Shown: positions 32,170 to 42,525, counted from the first letter of the stretch. The stretch is 64,000 bases of DNA from an uncultured Holophagales bacterium (GCA_963842525.1 CAWJGT010000034.1:32001-96000); one strand, 5' to 3'. Notes: a model not told the origin generated them from the sequence alone. Numbers and translations are program-made.

Positions 32170-34233
32170 CCCCCGGTCGCTCCAGCCGCCGGCTTGGCCT
32201 CTTCCTTGCCCTTCACCTCGACCTTGCCATCGTCGATCCAATAGAGGACGCGCGGGCCCTGGAGCTGGTTCCCCTGGCGGTCGCGCATCGTCACCCGGTC
32301 GCCCGTGAACTCCACCCGGCGCTCCTCCATCCGGTAGACCGCCTTCTCCCCCTCGATGGTGCGCCCCTCCTTCGGGTCGTTCAAGCGGGCCTTGCCGGTG
32401 CACGTCATGATCCTGGGCTTCTTCTCCTTGTTCAGCTCCACTTCGAGCCGCTGGCAGTTGAGGGTCTTCCCTTCCTGCTCCACCCGGACTTCCCCCGTAT
32501 AGTTGAGGAACCCCTTCCCCTCCTCGTAGACCATCTCGTTCGCCAGCACCTCGATCGGGGCGCGCGAGCTCGCCGGGTCGTTCTTCCCCCCTTTCGCCGC
32601 CGCGCCGGTCGCCTTCGGAGCTGCGGCGCCCTCCTTCTCGTCGGATACCCATAGGGTCTTCACTCCCCCGCTCGCCGTCAGCCGATCCTGCTCCTGGTCT
32701 CCCCGGAGCTGCTCGGTGAGCATCAGGTTCTCGCCGCGCCAGGCGCGCACGTCGCCGCGGAACAGGAAGGAGGACGGCTTCTGGCGCCAGAAGGCCTCCC
32801 GCGACTCTACATGGACCGGCCCCTCTCCCCCGGCCAGCGGCGAGCCGGCGAGCTCGGCGTCCGAGGCCTGCTTGAGGAGCGCACGTACGCCGCCCTGGGC
32901 GTTCAGGATCTCGTTCGCCGTGTCGTAGAAGATGCGCGGCGCATCGAGGGTCCCCTTCTCGCTTTCCACCTGCACCGGATCGCCGAGGAGGTCGGCGCGG
33001 TTGGAGTCCATGTCGAGGGTCGCCCGGTTGCCCTGGGCGCGCACCTGGGGATCCTGGAAGGTGACCTCCTGGCCGAACAGGGTCGCCGTGTCGATCTGTC
33101 CGTCGGGCTTGAAGGCCGCCTCGGCCCGCTGGCCGCGGGCCACCCGGAGACCGGGCCGGCTGCCGGTCCGCGACATTCTCGCGCAGCTCGACGCCGCCGA
33201 AGGCATCGGCCTCGCTCAGCACCCCGTCCGCCAACACTCCTTCGACGCGCGGCGCAGTGAGGGTGCGCACCCCGCCGCCGCTCGCGCTCTCGACGGTGGC
33301 AGGGTCCAGCGCCTCGCCTTCGAGCTCGACCTTGCGGACCTGGTTGCCCTGCGGCGCCAGCATCACGGCCAGGTCCTTGCCGGAGAAGCGGACGACCGTC
33401 CCCGGCGTCCCCGGCTTGGCGCTCGCGGCCTGCTGCAGGTTCCCGGTCTGCCCCTTGACGTCCCACAGCGCCCGCAGGAAGACCAGGGAGCCCTCGTCCT
33501 CCGAGAGGTAGGCGCTGATCCGTTGGCCCTGGAGGGACTGCACGCCGCGCCGGATGCGGGCATCCCCTTCGATGCGCAGCAGGCGCCGCTTCCTCTCGTA
33601 GATGGCCCGCTGGGCCGAGGCCGTGACCGGGTTCTCCGTCCCGGGCACGCTGTCGATCCGCGCCTTGCCCTGGAGGACGAAGACCTCGTTCTCCACCTCG
33701 ACCCGCAGGCGCTCGCCGCGCACGATGTAGCGTCCGGCGTAGCGCAGCTCCACGGGGCGTGGGCCGAAGATCGTCTGCCCCTTGTCGCGGATCTGGAGCA
33801 CGGCCGTGCGCAGCTCCAGGCCCGAGGGCCCCTTGAGGACGACCTGGCCCTGGAGGCGGCCTTCGTTGCTCGTCCGGTTGAAGCTCGCCTGCCGGCTCTC
33901 GACGTGGAAGGGCTGGCCCTGCTCGTCATAGAAGGTGACCGCCACGCCGTCGAGGAAGATCGTCTCCTGCCGGTCGGCGCGGATGCTGTCGCCGCGGATG
34001 CGGAACACCGGCTTCTCCCGCTCGGTGAACGTGTAGTCGAAGTCCTCGCCGATGAGGAGCGTCCCCGCGCCCGCCTTGGTGTCTCCGTCCTCCGCGGCGC
34101 GCGGCCCGACCGGACCGCGCACCCGGCCGAACATGAACAGCCCCGCGACCGACGCGACCGCGACGACCAGCGCCAGGAGGAGCAGGTTGCGCAGGCGGGA
34201 GATCGTGGAGGGCTTGCGGCTCATCGGGCTCAT
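32166..34233 (-). CDS. Long LptC/LptA (OstA beta-jellyroll) protein, frameshift near 33170
   Basis: N-terminal TM followed by many beta-strand repeats ending in an LptA-like domain. Lies directly upstream of lptB. Confidence 0.78.
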
Positions 34234-35913
34234 TCTACGGTTTGCGCAACGGGACGGCTGTCGATCAAACGCAACACCGGGCCACCGACCCAGGCATCGG
34301 CTTCGAGGCAGCCGAGGACCTCGAAGCTGTCGCCGAGGCTCGCGGCGCGCTCCTGCCATCCCCAGCCGACCAGATCGAGGCGGGCGCCGTCGGAGCCGCG
34401 GGCTTTCAGGGACAGGTGGCCCTTGCCGAACGGCCGCGGCGGTCCATCGGAGCGGAGCGGCCCGGTCCGCACCACCGGCCGCGGGTTGCCCTGACCGAAC
34501 GGCTCGAGCCGGGCGATCTCGGCGAGCAGGCCGCCGGTGACCTCGCGCGGCGCGAGATGAAGCTCGTATTCGTAGCGGCGGGCGAGGAGCGCTTCCGGCC
34601 AGACGGCGGCCGCCTCCTCCCACTCCTGCCGCAATGCGTCCAACAGATCGGGACGCACCGTTCAGTCCCACGGCTTGGGAATGCCCGCCGAAACGCTCCA
34701 TCCGCTCCTGCCAGCGCGCCAGAAAGCCGTGCAGCTCGATGCCCGGCAGGCTGCGCCCCGAGCCCGTGGCGCGGTCGCCCTCGACCGCCAGGAGCACGGT
34801 CGGGCGGTGCAGCTCCTTGGCGATCCGCCCGGCCGCCACGCCCACCACCCCCTTGTGCCAGTGCGGGCTCCAGGCCACCAGGATCGGCGGCAGCGGCGAC
34901 CGCGCGCCAAGTTGCCGTCCCGCATCCTCCACCACCCGCATCTCCTCGACCTGCCGGTCGCGGTTCCAGCCGTCGAGCTCGGCGGCCAGCTCGCGGGCGC
35001 GCTGCGGATCGCGGCTCATCAGCAGCTCCAGCGCCCGCTCCGGGCTGTGCAGGCGTCCCGCCGCATTGATCCGCGGCCCGAGCCGGAAGCCCACGTCGGC
35101 GGCGGAAAACGGCGGCTTGATGCCCGACCTCTCGATGAGCGCCTTCAGGCCGTGGGAGCGCGCCTGCGCCAGCGCCTCCAGGCCGAGAGCGGCGATGACC
35201 CGGTTCTCCCCGCGCAACGGCACCAGGTCGGCGATAGTGCCGAGGCAGGCGATCCGCAGCAGGGGCGGCAGGTCCACGGGACGGCCGCAGCGCCCGGCGA
35301 CCGCGATGCACAGCTTGAGCGCCAGGCCGACCGCCGCCAGGTCGGGGAACGGATAGGAGCAGCACGCCTGGCGGGGGTTGATGTGCAGCGTCCCGGCCGG
35401 CAGCTCACAGCCGGGCAGATGATGGTCGGTCACCACCACGTCGATGCCCACCGCCTGGGCCCGTTCGATCGCCGACGCCGACGAGCTGCCGCAGTCCGCG
35501 GTGACGATCAGGGTACAGCCGAGGTCGCGGGCGCGGTCGGCGTGGACCGGCTGAAAGCCATAGCCTTCGCGCAGCCGGTGCGGCAGGACCGGCAACACGT
35601 CGCAGCCGCAGGCTCCGAGCACGGCGAGCAGCAGGGCCGTGGCGGTGATGCCGTCGACGTCGTAGTCGCCGACCACCGCGATCTTCTCGCCCCGGTCGCG
35701 TGCCTGAACGAGGCGCTCGACGACCGCCTCCATGCCGGCGAGCAGAAAGGGATCGTGAAGCTGGTCCAGGGACGGCTTGAGGAAGCGGTCGGCGCCGGGC
35801 CCGTCCACCACCCCGCGGCGGGCCAGCAGAGCCGCCATCCAGCCCGGGATTCCGGCCCGCTCGATCGAGGCGACGGCGTCCGGCACCGGAGCGGCTACCC
35901 ACTCCGCGGGCAC
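34230..35913 (-). CDS. recJ: ssDNA exonuclease RecJ (frameshift near 34660)
   Basis: GDYDVDG, TADCG, TDHH, GTIADLVPL, GPRINAAGR, GSGRS, FGGH, LEPFGQGN. Confidence 0.95.
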
Positions 35914-35920
35914 CGCGCCG

Positions 35921-36874
35921 TTACCCCTCGTCGTAGACCCCGAGGGCCCGGAACTTGTCGTAGCGGCGGGCGACGAGCTCTGCCGGAGACAGGCGGAGAA
36001 GCTCCCCGAGAGCCTTCTCCAGCACGTCCCCCACCCGGCGGCACGTCTCCTCGGGGTCGGTGTGCGCACCGCCGGGGGGCTCGGGAATGATCTCGTCGAC
36101 GACGCCGAGCTGCTTCAAGTCCGGCGCGGTCATCCGCATGGCCTCGGCGGCCTCGGCCTTCTTCTCCTGGTCCTTCCAGAGGATGGCCGCGCACCCCTCG
36201 GGCGAGATCACCGAGTAGGTCGCGTACTCCAGGATGTAGACCCGGTCGCCCACGCCGAGCGCCAGCGCGCCGCCGCTCCCTCCCTCGCCGGTGATGGTGA
36301 CGATGACGGGGACCTCGAGGCCGGCCATCTCGATCAGGTTGCGCGCGATGGCCTCGGCCTGGCCGCGCTCCTCGGCATCGATCCCGGGATAGGCCCCGGC
36401 CGTGTCGATGAAGGTCAGGATCGGGAGGCCGAACCGCTCGGCCGTCTTCATGATGCGCAGCGCCTTGCGGTAGCCCTCGGGCCGCGGCTGGCCGAAGTTG
36501 CGCCAGATCCGCTCCTTGGTGTCGCGCCCCTTCTCATGGCCGATGACCGCGACGCTGCGTCCGCGGAAAGTCGCCAGGCCCGCCACGATGGCGGCGTCGT
36601 CCGCGAAGGCGCGGTCGCCGTGGAGCTCCACCCAGTTTTCCATCAGGAATTGGACGTAGTCGAGGATATACGGCCGGTCCGCATGCCGGGCGACGAGCGT
36701 CTTCTGCCACCGGCTGAGATTGCCGTAGATGTCGGCCGTGGTCTTCCGCAGCGAGGTCCGGAGCCGCTCCATCTCCTTCTCCTGGCTGCTCCCCGCCGGA
36801 TAGCCCTCCAGCTCCTCGATCCGCTTCCGGATCTCGACGAGCTCGGCGTCGAAGTTGGTCTCGGTCCGTTGCAT
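35921..36874 (-). CDS. accA: Acetyl-CoA carboxylase carboxyltransferase alpha
   Basis: ELHGDRAFADD, PEGYRKALR, GQAEAIARNL, GEGGSGGAL, YSVISPEGCAAILW. Confidence 0.96.
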   Translation of the reverse strand: MQRTETNFDAELVEIRKRIEELEGYPAGSSQEKEMERLRTSLRKTTADIYGNLSRWQKTLVARHADRPYILDYVQFLMENWVELHGDRAFADDAAIVAGLATFRGRSVAVIGHEKGRDTKERIWRNFGQPRPEGYRKALRIMKTAERFGLPILTFIDTAGAYPGIDAEERGQAEAIARNLIEMAGLEVPVIVTITGEGGSGGALALGVGDRVYILEYATYSVISPEGCAAILWKDQEKKAEAAEAMRMTAPDLKQLGVVDEIIPEPPGGAHTDPEETCRRVGDVLEKALGELLRLSPAELVARRYDKFRALGVYDEG

Positions 36875-36932
36875 GCCGCCGGGCAAGGTAGCAAAGCGGG
36901 GGGCGGAGGTCAAACCCATGCCGCAGAGCGGC

Positions 36933-36952
36933 AATGTCGGCGCGCCGACATT
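36933..36952. promoter_or_regulatory. Second copy of palindrome AATGTCGGCGCGCCGACATT
   Basis: Identical 20-bp core to 21865-21884, intergenic between priA and accA. Confidence 0.6.
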
Positions 36953-36990
36953 TCTGCGGATGTTGCAATGGTCGTAGATTCGGCGATCGC

Positions 36991-37090
36991 AGAAAGGACG
37001 ACAGGACGATAAGGACACAAAGGACAGCAGAGGAAGGCGTGTTCCCCTGTTGTCCTTGATGTCCTTGTCGTCCTTGTGGTCCTTTGTTCT
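36991..37090. repeat. Inverted array of ~9-bp AAGGACnnn / nGTCCTT units
   Basis: Four (A)AGGAC units followed by four GTCCTT units, immediately downstream of the priA stop. Confidence 0.65.
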
Positions 37091-39538
37091 CTACAGCAAC
37101 TGCTGCGGATCCACATCCACCACCAGCCCCGCCGGCGGGTTGCCCTGCAGGACGTCCTCGAGCAGGCGGTGGAGGTCCTTGCCGCTGGCCGAGCGGGCGA
37201 GGAGCTGGAAGCGCCACTCCCCTCTCAGCCTTTCCAGAGGAGCCGGGGCGGGGCCGGTGATGCGGACCGAGCGAGCGAGCGGGTGGGCGGACAGGTCTGC
37301 CGAGAGATCCGAGATGACCGACCAGGCCTTGTCCCGGTTCTTGTCCCGCGCCAGGAGCTGGACCATCCGGGTATAGGGCGGATAGTGGAAGACGCGGCGG
37401 AAGCGCATCTCTTCCCGCATGAAGCCTTCGTCGTCCTGGTGCAGGGCTGCCTGGATCGCATAGTGGTCGGGATGGAAGGTCTGGATCACCACGCGGCCGG
37501 GCCTGTCTCCCCGACCGGCGCGGCCCGCGACCTGGGTCAAAAGGTTGTAGGTGCGCTCGACGGCGCGGAAGTCGGGAAAGCCCAGGTAGGCGTCGGCCGC
37601 CAGGACCGCGGTCAATGCCACGCGCGGGAAGTGGTGTCCCTTCGAGACCATCTGGGTGCCGATGAGGACCTGCACCTCGCCGCGGCCGAAGCGTTCGAGC
37701 ACGGCCGCCGGACCGCCGGGGCGGCGCGCGGTGTCGCGGTCGAGCACATCAACCGTGGCCTCGGGGAAGAGCTCGCGGAAGGTCTCCTCCACCCGCTCGG
37801 TGCCGGCGCCGATCGGCTCCAGGGCCTCCTCGGAGCAGGCCGGGCAGCGCGCCGGCACGGAGAGCGTCGAGCCGCAGTAGTGGCAGACGAGCCGCCGGTC
37901 CCGCCGGTGCAGGGTGCGCGGCAGGCCGCAGTCCGGACAGCGGAAGTCCTCGCCGCACGCGCGGCAGAGGAGCACAGGCGCATACCCGCGCCGGTTGCGC
38001 AGCAGGATGATCTGGTCGCCCGCCGCCAGCGCCTCCCGGATCTCGAGTTGCAACCGCTCGGAGAACGCCACGTCGCCGGGCCGCCGCGACACCCCCTCCT
38101 GCCGCAGGTCGACCAGGATGCCTTCGGGCAGCGTCCCCTGCCCCGCCCGCGCGGTCAGCACCAGCGGCTCCAGCTTGCCGCGCTCAACGTTGTACCGGCT
38201 CTCCAGGCTCGGCGTCGCCGAGACCAGCAGCACGGCCGCGCCCGCGTCCCGGCCACGGACCAGGGCGAGGTCGCGGGCGTGATAGCGCGGGGCGACCTCC
38301 TGCTTGTACGAGGTGTCCTGCTCCTCGTCGACCACGAGCAGGCCGAGGTCCGAGACCGGCGCGAACAGCGCCGAGCGGGGACCCAGGATGACCCGCGCCT
38401 CGCCGCGGCGGATCCGCTCCCACTCCTGGTGCCGTTCCCCCGTGCCCAGGCCCGAGTGCAGGATGGCGAGCCGCTCGCCGAACCGGCGCTCCACAGCCCG
38501 CGCCAGGGCGGGCACGAGCGCGATCTCCGGCACCAGCAGGATCGCCGACCGGCCGCGCTCCAGGGCCGCCTCGCCCGCGCGGAGGTAAACCTCGGTCTTG
38601 CCCGAGCCGGTCATCCCCTGAAGAAGGAACGGTGCGAACTCGCGCCGCTCCATCACATCCGTGAGCCGCCGCAGCGCCGTCGCCTGGTCCGGCCGGAGGA
38701 CGATCCCGCCGGGGGCCTCCTCCGGGATCGTCATCATGTGCCGGTCGAGCGACAGCCGCTCGACCTGGGTGAACTGGCGGAGCACGCCGAGCGAGATCAG
38801 CCGGCGCAACACCGCGGGAGTGCAACCCACCGCGGCCACCACCTCGGCCGTGGTGGCCGGGCGGCCGATCGCGGACAGGTATTCGATGACCGCCTTGCCC
38901 GGCGCCGACCGGCCGGCCGTGGCGAAATGGGTGGCGAGGCCGCCCGGAGCGAGCTCGACAGCCGTCACATAGCGTGGGGACCGGCTGGATCCGGACCGCT
39001 CCTCGGCCTCGCCGGCGATCCTCCCCCGCACGCCCAGGTCGGCGATCACCCGGCCGAGGTCATCGATCCCCGTGCACGCCTGGATCTCGGCGATCGACAT
39101 CCGGCCGCCCTCGCGCAGCGCTTCGAGCACCAGCCGCTCCTCCGGAGTCCGCGGCAGGGAGAGCGCCCCGGCATCGGTCAGCCACACCCGGCGGTCCCCC
39201 CAGGGCGGCAGGTCGGACGGCAGCATGGTGCGGAAGACCTCGCCCACGGGAGCGTAGTAGTAGTCGGCCATGAACCGTCCCAGCTCCAGCAGATCCTTGG
39301 GAAGGATCGGCTCGCGGTCGATCACCTCCTCGAGAGGACGCAGGTTGACCCCCTCGGGCCGCCGGTCATGGACCGCCACGATCACCCCCATCAGCCGGCG
39401 CTTCCCCACCCGCACCCGCGCCCGCGCTCCAGGTAATGCCAGGGACCGGAACGCCGGCGGGATCTCGTACGTCAGAGCATCCGGGAGGGGCACAGGCAGG
39501 GCGACCTCGGCGTAGAGGGGGGTGGAAGGCGAGGGCAT
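37091..39538 (-). CDS. priA: Primosomal protein N' (PriA)
   Basis: GMTGSGKTEVY, LVPEIAL, DEEQD, SATPSLES, the CxxC x4 Zn region, GTQMVSKG, QVAGRAGR. Confidence 0.96.
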   Translation of the reverse strand: MPSPSTPLYAEVALPVPLPDALTYEIPPAFRSLALPGARARVRVGKRRLMGVIVAVHDRRPEGVNLRPLEEVIDREPILPKDLLELGRFMADYYYAPVGEVFRTMLPSDLPPWGDRRVWLTDAGALSLPRTPEERLVLEALREGGRMSIAEIQACTGIDDLGRVIADLGVRGRIAGEAEERSGSSRSPRYVTAVELAPGGLATHFATAGRSAPGKAVIEYLSAIGRPATTAEVVAAVGCTPAVLRRLISLGVLRQFTQVERLSLDRHMMTIPEEAPGGIVLRPDQATALRRLTDVMERREFAPFLLQGMTGSGKTEVYLRAGEAALERGRSAILLVPEIALVPALARAVERRFGERLAILHSGLGTGERHQEWERIRRGEARVILGPRSALFAPVSDLGLLVVDEEQDTSYKQEVAPRYHARDLALVRGRDAGAAVLLVSATPSLESRYNVERGKLEPLVLTARAGQGTLPEGILVDLRQEGVSRRPGDVAFSERLQLEIREALAAGDQIILLRNRRGYAPVLLCRACGEDFRCPDCGLPRTLHRRDRRLVCHYCGSTLSVPARCPACSEEALEPIGAGTERVEETFRELFPEATVDVLDRDTARRPGGPAAVLERFGRGEVQVLIGTQMVSKGHHFPRVALTAVLAADAYLGFPDFRAVERTYNLLTQVAGRAGRGDRPGRVVIQTFHPDHYAIQAALHQDDEGFMREEMRFRRVFHYPPYTRMVQLLARDKNRDKAWSVISDLSADLSAHPLARSVRITGPAPAPLERLRGEWRFQLLARSASGKDLHRLLEDVLQGNPPAGLVVDVDPQQLL

Positions 39539-39594
39539 CACAGGGGGCTAATCGTGGCACAGAACCGGGGATGCCCGGTCAGGGGGACAAAAAA

Positions 39595-40040
39595 TCAGTG
39601 CCGGACGAACAGGGGGACGACCTGGGTACGGACTTCCTCCAGATAGTCGGCAAGGCCGGTGAGGCGTCCCCTGGTCCTCAATGTCTCCAGGTCGGTGTCC
39701 CTCCAACATGCCTCCTCGCGGTGCAGGAGACCCCTGAGGAGCCTTTCCAGAACCCGTTTCGCGCTGCGGGCGGCGCCTGGGCTCTTCGCCCGCAGCCTCT
39801 CAGCTTGAAGACGAGGATCGAAGCGAATCTCCGCCTGCACCTCTGCCAGGACGCGGCTTTCCGTCTCGCCCTGCGGCTCAAAGCCAGCCAGGAGCCAGCT
39901 CTCGCGCTCGGGATGGGCAACCCCGATTGCGACCGCAAACGGCCACTCCCGCTCTTTCCGTGCCTGGTGGAGACCGGTTCGGCGCTCCTCTTGACCGTCG
40001 CTGTCGCGACCGCGAGCAGATAGGCACCGGACAGGCTCAT
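39595..40040 (-). pseudogene. Disrupted partner gene of the AAA ATPase (hypothetical)
   Basis: ATGA-coupled to the ATPase stop. Split across ORFs 39678-40040 and 39595-39840, and looks shortened. Confidence 0.45.
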
Positions 40041-41090
40041 TCCGCCCTGGCCGGCTCTGGCTCTTTCTTGGTAATCCAGCTTTCTCCGACCGTGCTCCAG
40101 AACTCGCCGGGAGCCATCAAGCCCTTCCAGCGCTCGTATTCAGGATGGTCGGTCAGGGGCCGGACGGCGGCATAACCGTCCTCATCAAGGCTCGTCAGGA
40201 GAACCTCTTCCGCCTCGACGAAGTCGAGCAGGTACGGCGAGTGGCTGGTCGCGACGATCTGGAAGCTCGGGATTCTGTTCCTGGACTCGCCGGAGCTGCT
40301 GCACGAGATCACCGAGGGCACGAGGATGGAGGCCTCTCTCCAGATCGTCGATCAGAAGGAGCTGAGGGGGGTGCGGAACAGCCAGAACCGTTAGGAGTCC
40401 CAAAGTTAGAAGGGTCCCGTCGCTCACAGCACGAGCAGGAATACCTTCTGCCCCTTGCATGTCAAAAACGAGTTCGTAGCCGATCTGGCCTCCAGCAGGC
40501 GCTCGACGAACGTGGAGGTCCTTGACTCCCGCAACCACGCTCCTCAACCGCTCAACCAGAGATCGAAAGCGGGAGGCATCTTCAAGATAGAGCCCCGCGA
40601 TCACAGAGGATAGACCGTCTCCGTCCTTTGGTAGCACGAGACTCGTTGTCTTCGGGTAAGAAGGTGAGGCGAGTTTCACCACATCGAGCTTCAGAACAAC
40701 AGCAGGGCGGGCAAATAGCTCTATCGCTCCGGCTTTGACGTGACCGGTACGAGTCCTTCCGTCCCCTATGGGTGGAATGGTCGCAACCGGAATGTCCTGG
40801 TCCAACACGATCTCGGGAGAAAACTCTCGCCCATCGGACCTAGCGGAGAAACCGAGAGCCGTTGGCCCCTTGGAGGATCTGCTTCGAAAAAGCTCAATGG
40901 CGCTCTCCTCCCGGAAGATCTGGGCCAATGTCGATTCGCTCTTCGTGAAAGAGGCCGTGATCAAGAAGAGCGCTTGCAGGATGCTGCTCTTCCCCGAAGC
41001 GTTCGGCCCCACGATGACCGTGAGCGGACGCAGTCCCACCTCGACATCCCGCAAGACCTTGAAGTTCTGGAGTGTCAGCTTCTCGATCAC
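40037..41090 (-). CDS. AAA_21/AAA_15-type ABC-like ATPase (defence/TA-associated), frameshift near 40265
   Basis: IEKLTLQNFK, GPNASGKS, VSDGT, LLLIDDLERGLHP, ATSHSPYLLD. Lower GC than the flanks. Confidence 0.85.
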
Positions 41091-41301
41091 GGTTATCCGC
41101 TCGCTATCGTACTGGCACACCAGTACTTTACCACTAGGCATCGGCTGGCCTCTCATGCTCCAGCCAGATGCGGCCGGCCCGGCAACATGTGGTCGATGCT
41201 GCGGGGCAGGAACATGGGGGGTTTCGGCTCCAGGCAAATCATCAACACGGTCGTGTTTCGCAGCCATCTGCGCTGAAACACTAGGGTGTTTCGTAGGGCC
41301 A

Positions 41302-41574
41302 GCCCTCAGGGTCGAGCGCGGCGCCCTCAGGGTCCCGCGCGATGCTCCCAAGGGCGAGACCCCTGCCCTCAGGGGCGAGCGGCTTGCCCCTGGGGGCAAG
41401 ACCACTGCCTCCAGGGTCCAGTGTGCCGACCCTAGGCGCGAGAGCGATGCCCTCAAGGTCCAGCGTGACGCCCTCAGGGTCCACTGTCACGCCATCCAGG
41501 GCAACTGCAACACCCTCAGGGGCCTGTGTGTGGCCCCGCAGGTCCGGCCGAAAACCTTCCGGGGCCTCATTCAG
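41302..41574. repeat. Degenerate 21-bp tandem array, 13 units, core GCCCTCAGGG
   Basis: Units start at 41302, 41323, 41344, 41365 ... 41554. About 12 nt are conserved and about 9 nt vary. Confidence 0.8.
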
Positions 41575-41672
41575 ACAGCGAATCCCCGCAGAGCCGCCCT
41601 GGTCCACGACCACCACCCATCCGAAGGCGACCCAGACGTGACCTTGATAAAATGCCTCGGGCTCCTCCCACC

Positions 41673-42077
41673 ATGGCCGACTTCGACGTCTTCCTCAGCT
41701 ACAACAACAAGGACAAGCCCATCGTCCGCCAGACCGCGGCCGAGCTGCGCGCTCGTGGCATCACGCCTTGGCTGGACGAGGAGGTCCTCCTGCCGGGCGA
41801 CCGTTGGCAGGACGAAATCGAGACGATCGTCCGCACCTGCAGGACCGCCGCCGTCCTCTACGGCCCCAGCGGCATCGGCCCGTGGCAGGAGCCCGAGATG
41901 CGGGGTTGTCTCAAGGAATTCGTGCGACGAAGGTTGCACGTCATCCCTGTCCTGCTGCCCGGCGCGCCGACCCCCGGAGAGAAGGCTTGCAGCGAGGCCT
42001 TGAGGGACTCTTGGGGCACGGAGGCGAATCCTACGATCTGCTCTGAAGCCGTGCGCAAAACCACGCCTGCCGTGTGA
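41673..42077 (+). CDS. TIR (TIR_2) domain protein, probably truncated
   Basis: FDVFLSYNNKDK, PWLDEEVLLPGDRWQDEI, GPWQEPEM, VIPVLLPGA. Confidence 0.85.
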   Translation: MADFDVFLSYNNKDKPIVRQTAAELRARGITPWLDEEVLLPGDRWQDEIETIVRTCRTAAVLYGPSGIGPWQEPEMRGCLKEFVRRRLHVIPVLLPGAPTPGEKACSEALRDSWGTEANPTICSEAVRKTTPAV

Positions 42078-42129
42078 TGCGGGTTCGAGGAGGCAGGGAT
42101 CTTGATAAACTTCTTCGGGCTCCCCCACC

Positions 42130-42293
42130 ATGGCCAACTTCGACATCTTCCTCAGCCACAACAACAAGGACAAGCCCGTCGGCGCGCACTCGCCATCTTG
42201 GAGAACAGCCTGCCTCCGGGCCACCCGAATACGGAAACCGTGCGGCGGAATTGGGAGGCGCTCCTGGAGGAGAAAGGCACCGAAGGCACATAA
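42130..42293 (+). pseudogene. Internally deleted TIR...TPR gene remnant
   Basis: MANFDIFLSHNNKDKPV, then in another frame RRALAILENSLPPGHPNTETVRRN (kinesin-light-chain-type TPR end). Confidence 0.7.
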
Positions 42294-42310
42294 CCCGCCG
42301 AGCCGTTTTT

Positions 42311-42426
42311 CCCTGGGACCGCGGGCGTCTCGCCCGCCCTCCACGGCGGTTCGGGCCGGCGTAGAGATTCCGGCAACGCAACGGTCGCTGGGAGTCTGTG
42401 CGGGCGGGACGCCCGCGGTCCCAGGG
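42311..42426. repeat. REP doublet / REPIN-like inverted repeat
   Basis: CCCTGGGACCGCGGGCGTCTCGCCCGC ... GCGGGCGGGACGCCCGCGGTCCCAGGG. Confidence 0.75.
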
Positions 42427-42430
42427 GGGT

Positions 42431-42525
42431 GAAATCGATAACACGTGACGTGGAATCGATCCAGGGTGACGCTGGATCGATCCAGATGACTCTGAATCGA
42501 TTCCATGCGGCTCAGGATCGACCCT
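42431..42525. repeat. ~21-bp periodic array with ATCGAT core (5 units)
   Basis: ATCGA(T/C) at 42434, 42455, 42476, 42496 and 42517. Confidence 0.65.

Noticed and set aside
41253-41281. TGTTTCG...TGAAACA as canonical parS
   Set aside because: The arms are separated by 13 bp rather than forming the 16-bp parS. At most it is a small hairpin.
41302-41574. CRISPR array
   Set aside because: The 21-bp period with degenerate ~12-bp repeats and ~9-bp variable parts is far below CRISPR dimensions, and there are no cas genes in the window.
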